NCBI RefSeq assembly: GCF_025526975.1
Contig: NW_026515687.1
Span: 310,001 to 374,000, forward strand
From: Fimicolochytrium jonesii
Taxonomy: Eukaryota
DNA: 64,000 nucleotides
Reading direction: 5' to 3'
This document shows, piece after piece, positions 50,289-61,851 of this stretch. Below the pieces are notes generated by a model. That model did not search any database, had not been told where the DNA came from, and was given only the letters and a program-made list of their open reading frames with translations. Each line of letters begins with the position of its first letter. Position 1 is the stretch's first letter. The translations under genes and the position numbers were made by a program.

Positions 50289-51295
50289 CTACATCCTCAT
50301 TACCGGTCCATGCTGCGCAATCTCATCCCAACGAAAGACGATTGCGGGAAGTTCCGGGTTGTCGTCAAAGATCATGAGGATTGTATCACGAATGTACTGC
50401 TTGTCCAGATCAGGGTTTGAGTCGATAAGCGCCTGCAAGTCCACCCAGTCTTTCGGGCGGCCAAAAATCAATTTGAAGACGGCGATCGCTTCAGCGGAGA
50501 GCACCGAGAGAGAGGTGCCGTGTACGTTCACTCTCCGAGCACGTTCGAGGGCTTGTTGGGAAAATACAGGTATAGTTGGACCGAACGCCTCGATTTTGGT
50601 TCCTTTCCACCAGAAACGAATAATCGGCCCGTCACACGGAATGGCCGTAGATTTCAAACTACGCCGTACTCATCAGTTATTGGTGCATGCTCTTCGATTG
50701 CTTTGAGCATTTGGCCGGCATCGTCAGGGACGGTAAAATAGTTGAAATCAACGGCGAAAGTCGTTCGGGGAACTGCCCAAAAACCAAAAGATAGGGCGCC
50801 GCCGATGGCGTACGGCACTTGTGCGCTATCAAGAATTCGCCCTAAAGCGCACGCGACGGACAGTGATGTTTCGTGTGGTTCCGGAATAACAATCCGCCGT
50901 CCGTCGCTCTCCCTCGCGGACTGTGCACTTCGTTCCGTTGCCGGGTGCGGTTTCGCTGCGTCTGGGTTGTCACCACTTGCCATGCGAATTCTGGCTGCGC
51001 GTTCGGCAATGGGGGGTGCGAGGATTCGCCGCAACGCCTCATTCGTTTTTTGCACAAAGGAAACTTGCATATTAGGGAGCACCGCACCGAAAAGCGCAAT
51101 TCTCTGCTCAAGAGACATGCGGCGGTAGGTGCTACGGGTGTCGACGTCGTGATTGCGCAGCATATCGAAATATGCTGTCGCGAGATGACGACTGCGAAGG
51201 TATTTCGAGGTTGGGAAGATCGGGAGCCGTACAAGCCTCTCCGTCGAGCGCAGATAGCTGCGAAGGTAATTTGGAGTCGGGCAGAGCGGGAGCAT
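50289..51295 (-). pseudogene. Bacterial-type MenT/AbiEii-superfamily nucleotidyltransferase with N-terminal extension; one -1 frameshift at ~50655 (pseudogene or sequencing error)
   Basis: 'YAIGGALSFGFWAVPRTTFAVDFNYF' (ORF 50654-51712) and 'VLSAEAIAVFKLIFGRPKDWVDLQAL' (ORF 50289-50657) form one NTase domain. No intron is evident. Confidence 0.75.
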
Positions 51296-52147
51296 GTCTG
51301 CCGGGTGTTTCGGTGAGTAAGACAGCTGCCAAAGCAAAGGTGGTACCTCTCTTGTGTGGAGTCCTCTCGTTTTGTGTCCGTGAGGGATGGAAGCAAGAAG
51401 GTTGAAGTGATGTTGCGGTAGCTCGTGGTAACCTTGACTGCAGTATTTGTGGAGACCATTGATCTGAAAGCGCAGCAGAAACGCGCGTCGGGATGCGTCA
51501 GTTTGGTGGCACAGTCGGGATCCGGAGGAAATCGGCCGCCGGAAGGAATAGCAACACATCCATCCATCCACGGCGGGCATCTCTCCGATTCTCTCGTCAA
51601 AGGCCGCCGCATCTTCAACGGAGCCCAAAAGGGCCTTCTTGCCTGTGGGTGATGTCAATTCCTGGCGCTCATCCATGGAGGCCCCAACTATATCGTACCG
51701 TATACTGTACAACTATACAACTTGTGATAAAGCATGGGACATCAGCCCCCCGCTTCTTTCCCCCCCACACTTTCCCGTCCCGCCTGCTGCCTAAAAAATC
51801 CCACATTGGTCAGACACCCCCTCCCCTGGCTGTCAATTGTCAAGCCCGCTCGCACACAGAGAGCCCCTTTTTCTCTTGGCCTTTTTTATTGAGGGGTCCT
51901 GCCGGTTTCCCGCTTTGTTCGTAAATATCGGCAACGGGCGAAAACCAAAAGAGCCCACCTACCGCAAGGGTCCGTCGGTCAGTGTGGTTGTGGTCCGCGA
52001 TCTTTCCCAGGGTGTCTCTTCGTAGAGGGTTGTTCGATTTCCTGGGAACTCTTGGGCCCGTACAGATAACGCAGCGTGGGAGTCCACGTCGCACTGGCTC
52101 ATAGGAATTCACACACCTCGTTCTCTTGAGATACCCATATACCAACA

Positions 52148-55100
52148 ATGCCGTCACCCACAACGACCTCGCCGCTGCGGTCCCACTCGACGGCGGGAAA
52201 GTACCCGGCACCGTCAACCAAAATCTCCTCACCACTACGCTCCAATTCCACCGCCGGAAAGCTACCCGCCCGCGAACGTCTCTCCACCTCACGCCCCTCC
52301 CTCAACGACTTGACCCACACCCCAGAAAAGAAGCCCTCGAAAACACCCGCCAGCTTCCTCAAAAAAGTCTGGCGAAACAGCTTCAAACGACTATCCCATC
52401 GCACAAGTCTGCATGACCTGAACAAGTTGGGACAGAAGGGCGCCAGCGAGACGCAGCTGCCTCTCAGTCAGACGCGGCTGAGGACATCGCTTTCGTTGAG
52501 CGATTTGAGGTCGGCGCCGTTGTTGGAGGGGACTGAGCTGAATTTGTTGGTGTTGGATGAGGAGGTGACGAGACGCCTGAGTGTTATCAGTAAATCTTCA
52601 TCGAAACACTCTGAGAAGGTTGGAGAAGATGTCGACAAACCGGTTGAAAATGAGGCAAATCAATTCGTTGCTAGTGTTCAAAGTGGGAGCGAGAATGCGA
52701 AGGAAGAACTCCAACCGGTACAAAAAGCAGAAAGCGACCACGAAACGTCCGAAGCGGAGATGACAATGGAGGAGCTTGACGAACTTCTCTCTGAAGCCAA
52801 GGAAGAAGCTGCTGCGATATTGGATGTCAAGGCCGCCTCAATGGAGGTCAAACCTACGCACACTAGGTCATCTTCGAACGATTCCATTCCGCCGAGGCGT
52901 CACTCTGACTCAGCTGATCCGCGAACGCTCCAGTTGGTAGACGACGTTCGCGAATCATTTCCGTCCAAAAGCAATCCCGCCACACATGAGGGGGACTCTG
53001 ACCGCCGCCAAGAAGGTCAGAACGTCGAGGAGAATGAAGAGTGGATCAGTTCATCCTCGGCTTCCGATCAGGAGGACATTGAGATCGATGATGACACCGA
53101 ACCAGAAGAAAGCTTTTATGCGCGCGCCATCCGTCGTGCCTCCTGGGGATCCATCTACACCGATGCGGACAGTGTTTTCAGCACCGTACCGCCATCGTTA
53201 CCAGAAGCGGACGCGCAGTCTGTGAAAGCAAGCCCTTCGAAACGGCAACGGAAGCGGTTCAAGCGGGTCGGAAGAGTGTTTTCACAGGCGGGGGCCGATG
53301 GTTTGCAATCGGATGCCGAAAGTGGCAAGAAGGCAGATGATACGGCAAGTGAAACATCATCGGAAGCCAAACAATCTTCCGACCAAGCACGCTACGATCC
53401 CCGCCGCTCCTTATACAGCAACGCCGGTTTCCTTCTCCGCGGTCGTCGAGACCGCACCTCCACCGCGACGTCCCTCGAGACCCTCCTCCATCGCCGCAGC
53501 GTCGCCAAGCGGTTGACCCTAACAGTCATGCCAGAGGACATCCGCGAGGAGACCGAAGAGGACGACCAAAGCGCGCGATCCTCCTACTCCAGCGCGCTTT
53601 ACCACGACCTCACCCCCATCAACACCTTCCTCCCATCCAGCGCTAGCTCTGTAGGTGATTTCGAGGGGTCAGAAAGCGGCGCCTACTCCCACCTCTTAGG
53701 CCGACGCGAATCTGATTCATCCACTCACTCGGCCTTCACCTCCCGCTCCCGACTCGGTGTCCTCAACCTAGCCGCTGACGGCGCAGCGCTTCCATCCCCG
53801 ACCTCCGCACGATCACCCTCAGACGATGACCGCGACATCTTCGGCAGCCTGTCCCGCTCTTTACGCGAAAGTGAGGAAAACGTGTCTTTTGCGCCCTCCA
53901 GACGGACCACGAGCGCCTCATCCATCTCGACATTGTACGAAACGTTGTTGAGGGACTATACGTCTGAGCGAAGCGCGGATGCGGCGGAGGGTCGGCATGC
54001 CGAGGACGCAGAGTTCGATAGGTCGATGGGGAACGATGCAGCGGACCAGCAGCATGCCCATGCGAACGCGGTTGCGGTCGCGGGCATGGCGAAGCTGGAC
54101 AACCTGTTGGGTGATATCGCGGCGTGGTACGATGATGCCGCCGATTCGCAGAGTGTGAGGAGTCGGAGGACTTCCTCCCAGACGTATATCGACGATACCC
54201 CAACCCCCGCCGCTGATTCGATAGACGGAAACAGGGAGTCGAGTTCTACGACACCGCCTCCTTTGTCCCGCCCTCCCTCACCGAACGAAGCTTCATCGTC
54301 TGCATTTCCGTCCACCTCAGTCTCCCCGACTAGACCATCAAGCAGCAGCTCCTCCAGCCCCGCCCGCGCTCTGGGTATCTCGCAAACACCCAGCCCATCC
54401 CGGAGTAGGTTGTCGATTTACAGCTTCGTCGAGGGGGATGATAGCGGGGGCAGTGGGGATGAAGGTATCCAGACTGTGGATGTCGCGGGTGTGGAGGTTG
54501 GGAATGTGTTTAAAGTGGGCGAGGGGGATGTATTGGTCGAGCATGAATGGACTGGTGTCCCGACCGGGAATGAGACCGAAGCCGGCGTAAAGCGGTACGA
54601 TATAGCCTTACCGTTCGACGGCGCACAAGGGGAGGTGACACGGTACCTCGTCACCCTCCACAACACGGAAAACGCCATCGTCCCATATGCATGGTCCGAG
54701 CACCCCGCATCGATAACAGTAACACCCACAATGGGATGGATGCCACCCCTCGGAGACACCATCGTCGAACTCCGCATCACACCAGCCTCGACCTCCACAA
54801 CACTCACACTCTCAACCCAGACCGTTCCAAAATTCCACCTTAACATCACACCCACCCCACCCCTCGCAGTCCACATACCCCGCACCTCAACGACAAGTTC
54901 AAGCACATCCTCACCGCTCCGTGCACCCCCGACCTCACCCCTCCCACCCCTCCCAACAACCCCACCGTTACCATTCCCCGACTCCCCAGAGCAGCCAATG
55001 AGAACAAAATCGACGAAATCGACCAGATCAGCGAAACGCTTGACGGTGGTCGGGGTGCAAGGCGCGGTGGGGAGGGAACGGAGGAAGAGCAGGCATGGGT

Positions 55101-55168
55101 TTTGGGGGCTTAAAGGGAAGGCGAAGAAGAGTAAAAAAGTCAAGGACGCGGGGATGGAGAGGAAGTAA
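52148..55168 (+). CDS. Large Ser-rich disordered protein (1006 aa) with a C-terminal Ig-like (ASH/PapD/MSP-like) beta domain
   Basis: 3-kb open frame. 'YLVTLHNTENAIVPYAW..ITVTPTMGWMPPLGDTIVELRI' fits the ASH/MSP pattern. Basic tail. Confidence 0.75.
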   Translation: MPSPTTTSPLRSHSTAGKYPAPSTKISSPLRSNSTAGKLPARERLSTSRPSLNDLTHTPEKKPSKTPASFLKKVWRNSFKRLSHRTSLHDLNKLGQKGASETQLPLSQTRLRTSLSLSDLRSAPLLEGTELNLLVLDEEVTRRLSVISKSSSKHSEKVGEDVDKPVENEANQFVASVQSGSENAKEELQPVQKAESDHETSEAEMTMEELDELLSEAKEEAAAILDVKAASMEVKPTHTRSSSNDSIPPRRHSDSADPRTLQLVDDVRESFPSKSNPATHEGDSDRRQEGQNVEENEEWISSSSASDQEDIEIDDDTEPEESFYARAIRRASWGSIYTDADSVFSTVPPSLPEADAQSVKASPSKRQRKRFKRVGRVFSQAGADGLQSDAESGKKADDTASETSSEAKQSSDQARYDPRRSLYSNAGFLLRGRRDRTSTATSLETLLHRRSVAKRLTLTVMPEDIREETEEDDQSARSSYSSALYHDLTPINTFLPSSASSVGDFEGSESGAYSHLLGRRESDSSTHSAFTSRSRLGVLNLAADGAALPSPTSARSPSDDDRDIFGSLSRSLRESEENVSFAPSRRTTSASSISTLYETLLRDYTSERSADAAEGRHAEDAEFDRSMGNDAADQQHAHANAVAVAGMAKLDNLLGDIAAWYDDAADSQSVRSRRTSSQTYIDDTPTPAADSIDGNRESSSTTPPPLSRPPSPNEASSSAFPSTSVSPTRPSSSSSSSPARALGISQTPSPSRSRLSIYSFVEGDDSGGSGDEGIQTVDVAGVEVGNVFKVGEGDVLVEHEWTGVPTGNETEAGVKRYDIALPFDGAQGEVTRYLVTLHNTENAIVPYAWSEHPASITVTPTMGWMPPLGDTIVELRITPASTSTTLTLSTQTVPKFHLNITPTPPLAVHIPRTSTTSSSTSSPLRAPPTSPLPPLPTTPPLPFPDSPEQPMRTKSTKSTRSAKRLTVVGVQGAVGRERRKSRHGFWGLKGKAKKSKKVKDAGMERK

Positions 55169-55301
55169 GAAAGGGTGTAACTGTGGTTTCTTTTTTTTTT
55201 TGGCGTAGGATGATGCTGGCGCATGGGCGTAGGAACAAACCGACGGCGTGGCGTCATGCGGGATATTCGTATTTAAGTAATTGTAGCCTCATTTCATACA
55301 A

Positions 55302-55304
<3 letters not shown>

Positions 55305-55336
<32 letters not shown>
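55305..55336. repeat. (AT)16 microsatellite
   Basis: Read directly from the sequence. Confidence 0.95.
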
Positions 55337-55339
<3 letters not shown>

Positions 55340-55671
55340 GGATGAACATTTCTTGTTTTTCTTGACGTGTTTGGGTTTGACGTAAAGAGGGTTTTCTTTA
55401 TGTATGTGTATTTTTTTTTTCTGGTTTGGGAGCGTTTTCGGGGATTTCTTTTGAGTTTAGTGGGGGAGGGGTGGTGTACACTAACATCATGTATTTTTTT
55501 CCTCAAACTTCCTTTTTGGCGTTGCTGATCCTGAAACGTTTCCAGTCTTGCTCCTTTGTCCGGGCGCACCTTTTCTGCGGCTTTTGATGGATCATTGGGC
55601 TTGCCGACCCCACCTGACGTGCTCAGTTCAGATTCATGCCTGGGGGTGCCGGACAAGTGTATGGACCGGTT

Positions 55672-57379
55672 CGTAGCTTTGACGCGTTCGCGACGCGTTC
55701 CATACTGCAAATATCCGAAACGTGCACAAGTTCCCTTCTGCACCGGGAACAGAAGAGCATCTGGAGCGCTCACATCGCGAGGATAATATGTTCCGTAAAC
55801 TGCGGAACATGGTGTGCCAGCTGCGCGCAGGTCCGACATATCCAGGCCCCTTCCGCGTTCGGAATGGGAACCGAAGCGAAGTATGTTGGGGATTCGGGGG
55901 GTTCTGTGCTTTGCTGAACCCAGTGATTAGGACCGCGTCGGGGCCACACCGAAAGTAGGAACGCATGGAGACGTCTTCGATCTAATTCGTGCTAAGATTT
56001 TCACAAACCCTCAGGCCCGGGTCGGGCCAGCTGTGAGGAGAGGGACAGATGGGATTCCGGTATACTGTCTTACGTTATGGACAGGTCCCAGATCGGGCAA
56101 GCCCTGTGTACATGTGGCAAGGGATAGAATGTAACTTCTGCGTCGCATGCTCACCCGCCACCAGCCCCCGTTGAGGGACGATGGGCCCTTACGGCAGACC
56201 CGCACGTCGTCCTCGACGCGTTTCCTCATGTCCGAACCTTGGCTATGTCCGAATGACCATCCCTGAACGAATCCAGAACGCGTGGAGCTCGTGTCTTTCT
56301 GCTCAAGCCTAAGTGACGCCCTCCATGTTCGACGTCGGGGATGGGAGGGGTCGAGCCCTTCTTTCACCGTATCAATCTCCCTTGTACGCGTCCATACAGC
56401 AGCGTCCGGGCTCGAGTATCCGCGGTGCTGCTCAGCAGTCTTTACCCAAACGGAAAGGGGAGCGATGTGGCTCCAGGCTGTCAGACACGATCTACATGCA
56501 GCTGCGCGTGCCCCCCAACCTACCCGACCCCATCGCAGGGCGCGTGTCAATGGGGGAGTCCCTTCCCAAACTCGAGTTCGCGTGGGCTCTTGCTCCCGGC
56601 AGTTGCAGCCGGCCCTGGAGTTGTGCGGCGATCCCCGCGCGCCGTTCTGTTTGGCGGACTCTGTTCACTGTGAAACCCAGCACGCGTTAGGTACGCGCTT
56701 TCTCAGGTCTGGACTTCACGTGGGATTTTTCCGAACTCCGTTTTTCGTGTTTGGGCAACGGATGGGAGATTCCTGGAATCTTTGAGAGATCGACCCGTTG
56801 CGACGGTGGTGATGTGGGTTTCCCTCTAAGGCCTTATTCATGAGCGTGCGTTGGATTCTTCGCTTGTGACGGCCGAAAGACGTAGCGTGACGTGTTCGTG
56901 ACGCGTTATTTAGTTACATCGCAATTTTGGATGTCCTATCCTGAATTTTGGCGGTGCTGCTTGCAAGTTTCATTTGACTGAAGAGACTGATACGCTCACG
57001 CATTGAGGTGGCTGGCATGATGTGTATATGCCCTTGCCCGATGTAGCAGCCTTCTTTATCAGTCGCGTTTCAATTCACAAATCACTTGCGACCTACGTCC
57101 GGAAAAGATTGAGTGTTCTCCGGTGTGAGCCCGGATCAGGCCAGCCAGGGTAGGGACGACGCATCGAGCATCTGCGGCTATGCTGTATTTCCACCCCAGG
57201 TAACAAACGATCGAACAGACGATCGGCGCTCCACAACTGACGGAAGGGCAGGGAAGTTGGGAAAGTTGGGAATTGGGCAGGAAAGCTGGGAACCACGACG
57301 CGTTAGCAACGCGCTGCTTATGTCCGAACCTCGCACGTGTCCGAATGACCAGGACCTCTTGACGCGTTCGTGACGCGTT
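55672..57379. repeat. Dispersed short repeats in a non-coding block
   Basis: TGACG(C/T)GTTCG(C/T)GACGCGTT at 55680, 56888 and 57360; ATGTCCGAACCT-N6-TGTCCGAATGACCA at 56228 and 57320. Confidence 0.7.
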
Positions 57380-59220
57380 GAACGAGCTTCCCGATTGTTG
57401 GATTGGTAGCCGCCGTAGGTGGGCTGATTGCTATGGCTGCAAAGCCCCTGCAATGCTGTTATCCTTACTAGTGCACATTGCCTGGAAGCCAGTGGACAGT
57501 CTCTGCCTTAGAGGAATGTCAGGAGGGGGTTAGGGTTAACCCGCATGTGGAGCTAGAGATTGCAACTCATCAGCCGCAGGCACTCACAGCATTACCAGTT
57601 CAAGCGTGAGATGGTTGCATGTATCCCCAGCTGGCCAAAGAAAATTTCGCACGGATGGGGAAGATGTCTGTGAAATGGTCTTTGAAGTGGTGGACACAAT
57701 AAGAAGGGAATGAAGGGAACGGCAAGTGAAGAAGAGTCACTGTCGGTCAGATGCGGCACGCGTCGTGGCCGCTGGTCATATGAGCCCTGCGCGTTTCCCC
57801 CCAGCGGGACGCCATGCGATGACGGTAGGGCTCTGTCTGCTTTGCAGCCATAGAACAGCTCAACTTCCTTGGGGTTGCGGGGAGTTCCCGGGGGGAGCCC
57901 TGAGTTCCAACTCAAAGAAAAGCATGCAATGAGACTCAAGCCAAGTTCAGCTTGGACAGATTTGCATTGTCTCTTGAGTGCGTTCGTGAGACGGATACTA
58001 TCTCCTCACCCCGCCACTTACAAGTCAGTTGTCAGTCTGAAAGTTCCCACCCCTGAGCTGTTCGTGCCCGGTGGGTGAGAAGCGGGAGACGGCATATGGT
58101 GAGGCACATGTCCGCTTTTCAGGGACACCCTGGTTGTCATGGGACGCTTGCTTTGCGGCGGCACTGGTCCTCTCCGTAATAGATTTGCAGATACTGGCTG
58201 CATTTTCCTTTTCGAAAACAAGACTCTGTAGGCTAAGCATGTCGGCCTGTCCACGGCGCATGCCTCTGACATTGATCTCAACTCGCTTTCTTGCATGAAG
58301 GCTGTAGGTGTAATGCGATGAGATGACACCGACCCAATGATGCACATCCTAACTCCGTCGAAAGCCAACTCCGGCTTTCTGGTTCCAGCCTTAATTGCCT
58401 TGCGCACAGGAACCTCAACGCTTCTTCATTGGGAAAGGCATAGAAATTGTTCTTCAAATGGGCTGCCTCTACTGATAACAACGATGAAGGTGGAGACGAT
58501 ATGGAAGAGGTCGCTGAGGCATTGTTCAAGTAGGGAAACCCGAAGCCTCAGCTCATCTCTGGATGCAGACAACCGTGTTTCCCGGTCTCTATCTGAGATC
58601 AGTACGCTAACGGTTATGTGCTGTCCTCCAAATAGGGGTTGTGAGAACGACGCGTCGACACTCAGTCGACACTCACGCTGACATAATGTCCGAATTGAGG
58701 AATTTCCGCGTCCGGAAAGAGTCCGAACGACCAACACTCGGGATTGACGGCCGCCCCAGTGCGTACCATGCTCTCATCTCGTTAGGAGAGTGCGGTAGGT
58801 CATTGTGCCGGGTCCGGGAGGGGGTTCCGTGGCTTAGTGGTTGGGTATGCGAGATACCTACTCTGTACGTGCTTTGCGCGGGCGCATGTCTGTGTATAAG
58901 TTTGAGAGCTCCTTGTCAGTAGATGGCCCGTACTCGTGCATTTCGGCATGATTCTTTGGAAACTTGAGTATAAATGAGGACGGGGGACCACGGCGTAAGG
59001 TGCCTGGCGGTGCTTGTCTTGTCCGGGAGTCTCTTCAGTCCCGGGCAGGAGTCGGGCTCGAGATCGAAGACAAGCCGTCCAAGAACGCGTCTCGCCGTTT
59101 GAAAGCCTTGAATTCTGTGAAGGCCCATCTCCGAACGACCCAAAGTCCTTTGGGCATCCCCTGATTCCCCTCACGTGGGAAAACATAAGAACGATCTGGT
59201 AACACAGTAGGGAGACCATA

Positions 59221-60927
59221 ATGGATCAGCTGTTCGCGACCCTTGCCATATCCGGCGCTTCGCTTGTCTCCAAAGCGGCATTCTCCTACGCCCAAGGCGT
59301 GGCCGTCCGCCAAATCTCCGGGTTTGTGCAGCGCACCACGGCCGATAAATCATCGCTGCATAAGCAGTTGGTCAGCTTGCAGAATGTATTGCAGATAAAA
59401 CTGTCTATTGTTACCCCAGGTAAGTTTCAAATGCCGGGTCTGGTCATCTCATTCTGATTCCCGTCGGGCCTCGTCTCTGACCACTGACACTCACGATGGG
59501 TTTGCAGCGATAGACACCTGTGAAATTCTTGCTGCGAAAGGGAACACCTCCCTCGAAGGCATCCTGCACCTGTCAGGAGAGCTGAAGAAGCGTCTGCGCA
59601 AACTCGGCGAGCGCGTGCAGATCGACACCGCAGATAGCACCAATGGCGAGCAGGGCGGAGCCGACCAACAAAAGGAGTTTGCCGCGGAAGTTCTGAAAGA
59701 CGTTGAGGAGGTGCTCAAGACCATCGACAACCTTGTGCCGTTCCTGCAATTGGCGCTGCAGAACTCGGGAGCGAGCTTGGGGGGAGGGTTAGGTGGGAGT
59801 ACGTCGCCAGGCAGGCTGTTGCAGGCGTCGACTGCTGTTGCGCTGGCGAGTGGACGGTTTGTGGCGCATTCGCAGTTTGGACCCACGCAGCCGCCGGATC
59901 CTGTTCAAGTTGGAAGCCCGTATGTACTCCATCGAGGAGCAAGTTGACCATATTCTCAAGAAATGTAATGACCAAAACGTCTTTCCTGCTCTCCAGATTC
60001 CCAGTTCGCGTCTATTCGCTCTTCCAATCATCCGCCCGCGCCAAGGGTCTCTCCGACTTTACATGGCGTGAAGACTTCGCCAAAGCCACTGTAACAGTAC
60101 AACGCATCAGCGCAACCGCCTCAAGGACCAAAACATCATGGATAGCATACAACCTTGTCATCACGGAAGATCTTAACGACGGGCGGTACCACGAAGGCGT
60201 CGACGTGTCCAAGTGTAAAATGACTGATGTTATTCCTGGACGCGTCAACAGGATCTCGGTAACGGATCTGAAGAAGTTGTATTACTCCCGGTCGGGCCTT
60301 CTCCTCAACATCGATGCAAAGTCCCCCGTATTGGTCGTCAAGCTAGATTCGGACGCTGTCCCTGTGGTGGGAGCGGGGGACGCATCTGGTGGGAGTAACA
60401 CGCCGGTGCGAGCAAAAGAGCGGGCGGGTGCCGAGTACCTTGCCTTGGAGCTCTTCCACGACGACTCGCATCACAAGCCGGACTCGGACAGCGATCTCAG
60501 CGACAGTGATGAAGACGCAGAGGAACACACCGACACAGGGTCGCCCACAAAACCATCAAACCCAAAATCGGCAAATGATGCCACCACCACCACCACCACC
60601 ACGCCACCCCCAGAACGCGTCCACCTCAGCGTCCTAGAATACATCCTCCGTCTCGCCACCCTCGAAGTCTCTGAACAACGATCTCACCTCGAAGTATCCG
60701 ACGAGAAACTCAACCTCTACCTCGCCAACGAGGTGCGAAGGTCGTCGCGCGGGGGAGATGACGGCGCGGTCGGCGGTAACGGTACAGGTGGCATGTCAAG
60801 TCAACAACCGCCGCGACGACACTCGGGGCAGGATAGCCCGTTAGCGCGGAAGGCGGGCGGGGGTCGTACGTTGCTTGGAGACACGTTTGTGGAGAGGTTG
60901 AGGAAGGCCGGTGGGGAGTCGTCGTAG
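59221..60927 (+). CDS. YRB30: RanGTP-binding protein, Yrb30 family; 3 exons
   Basis: 'MDQLFATLAISGASLVSKAAFSYA', 'KLSIVTP|AIDTCEILAAKGNTSLE', 'SPGRLLQAS', 'TWREDF', 'EDLNDGRYHE', 'LSVLEYILRLATLE..HLEVSDEKL'. Confidence 0.85.
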
Positions 60928-61851
60928 TATTATTCTCAGATTGGGCAGATTTAGCTACCCCTTTAACAAGAGATGTCACTTTCCTGCACACAGTTGCCAA
61001 GCATTATATACCCGTGATCTCTCCCTGTAACCACTGTAACGCATCCTGATTCTTCTTCATCATCTGGTGTCCCAAAATATATACCCAGGGTCCTCGGTAT
61101 CATTCCTACATCCATTGATAGTGAGGGCTAGGTGCGGTCCCCATTTACGTTGTGTTTTTTCTTGGAACCTCTTCTACTTGTACATTTTACAGCTACTAAC
61201 ACAGCTACTACTCTTGCCTGAGAAGCTGAGACTCTTCCCAGCAAACCGATTGGGCATGACTAGGATTCTAGAATGAATGTTGGGATTGAGACCGGACACG
61301 GTTTCGGACTTTACTACATTGCCCTTTGATTACCTCAGCACGCGTTTGCACCTGAACGGGACCATAACCTTCCCCTCGATTTCCCTCCTGAACAGATATG
61401 AGCAAATTCCGAAAGGAGCGAGAAAGGGGCACGGGGAAGAAACTCTCGAGTCAGAATAGAACGCATTTCTTGGGTTCCGGCGCTGTCCGGTTTCCTGACG
61501 GTTGCGGGAGGAAATCGACGGGTTTCTTGTCAAGGTAAACCTGTCAATAGAAATACTTACTACCACCGGCTGATCGTAAGACACGTCCATTCACATGAGA
61601 ACATCACCCAAATATCGAAAAAGCGCACAGGACCACAGAAATGTAACATGTAACATGGATCCGAGAATATTATGAGTACGAAAAACAGAGCAAAAGGAAA
61701 GTAAATGAAAAGAACAAGAGGAAGAGTATCAAAAGCATGAGAGAATAGGGATAGGACTGGGGAGGTCACAAAAGCCGCAGCTTCCACCTAGGCTTCCCAT
61801 CCGATGTATGAATGTTCGCGGGTCGAGACGCAACGGAGTGCCACACCATTC

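Noticed and set aside
50654..50657. TTGA stop/start overlap suggesting bacterial operon coupling
   Set aside because: The break falls inside one NTase domain, so a frameshift explains it better than two genes.
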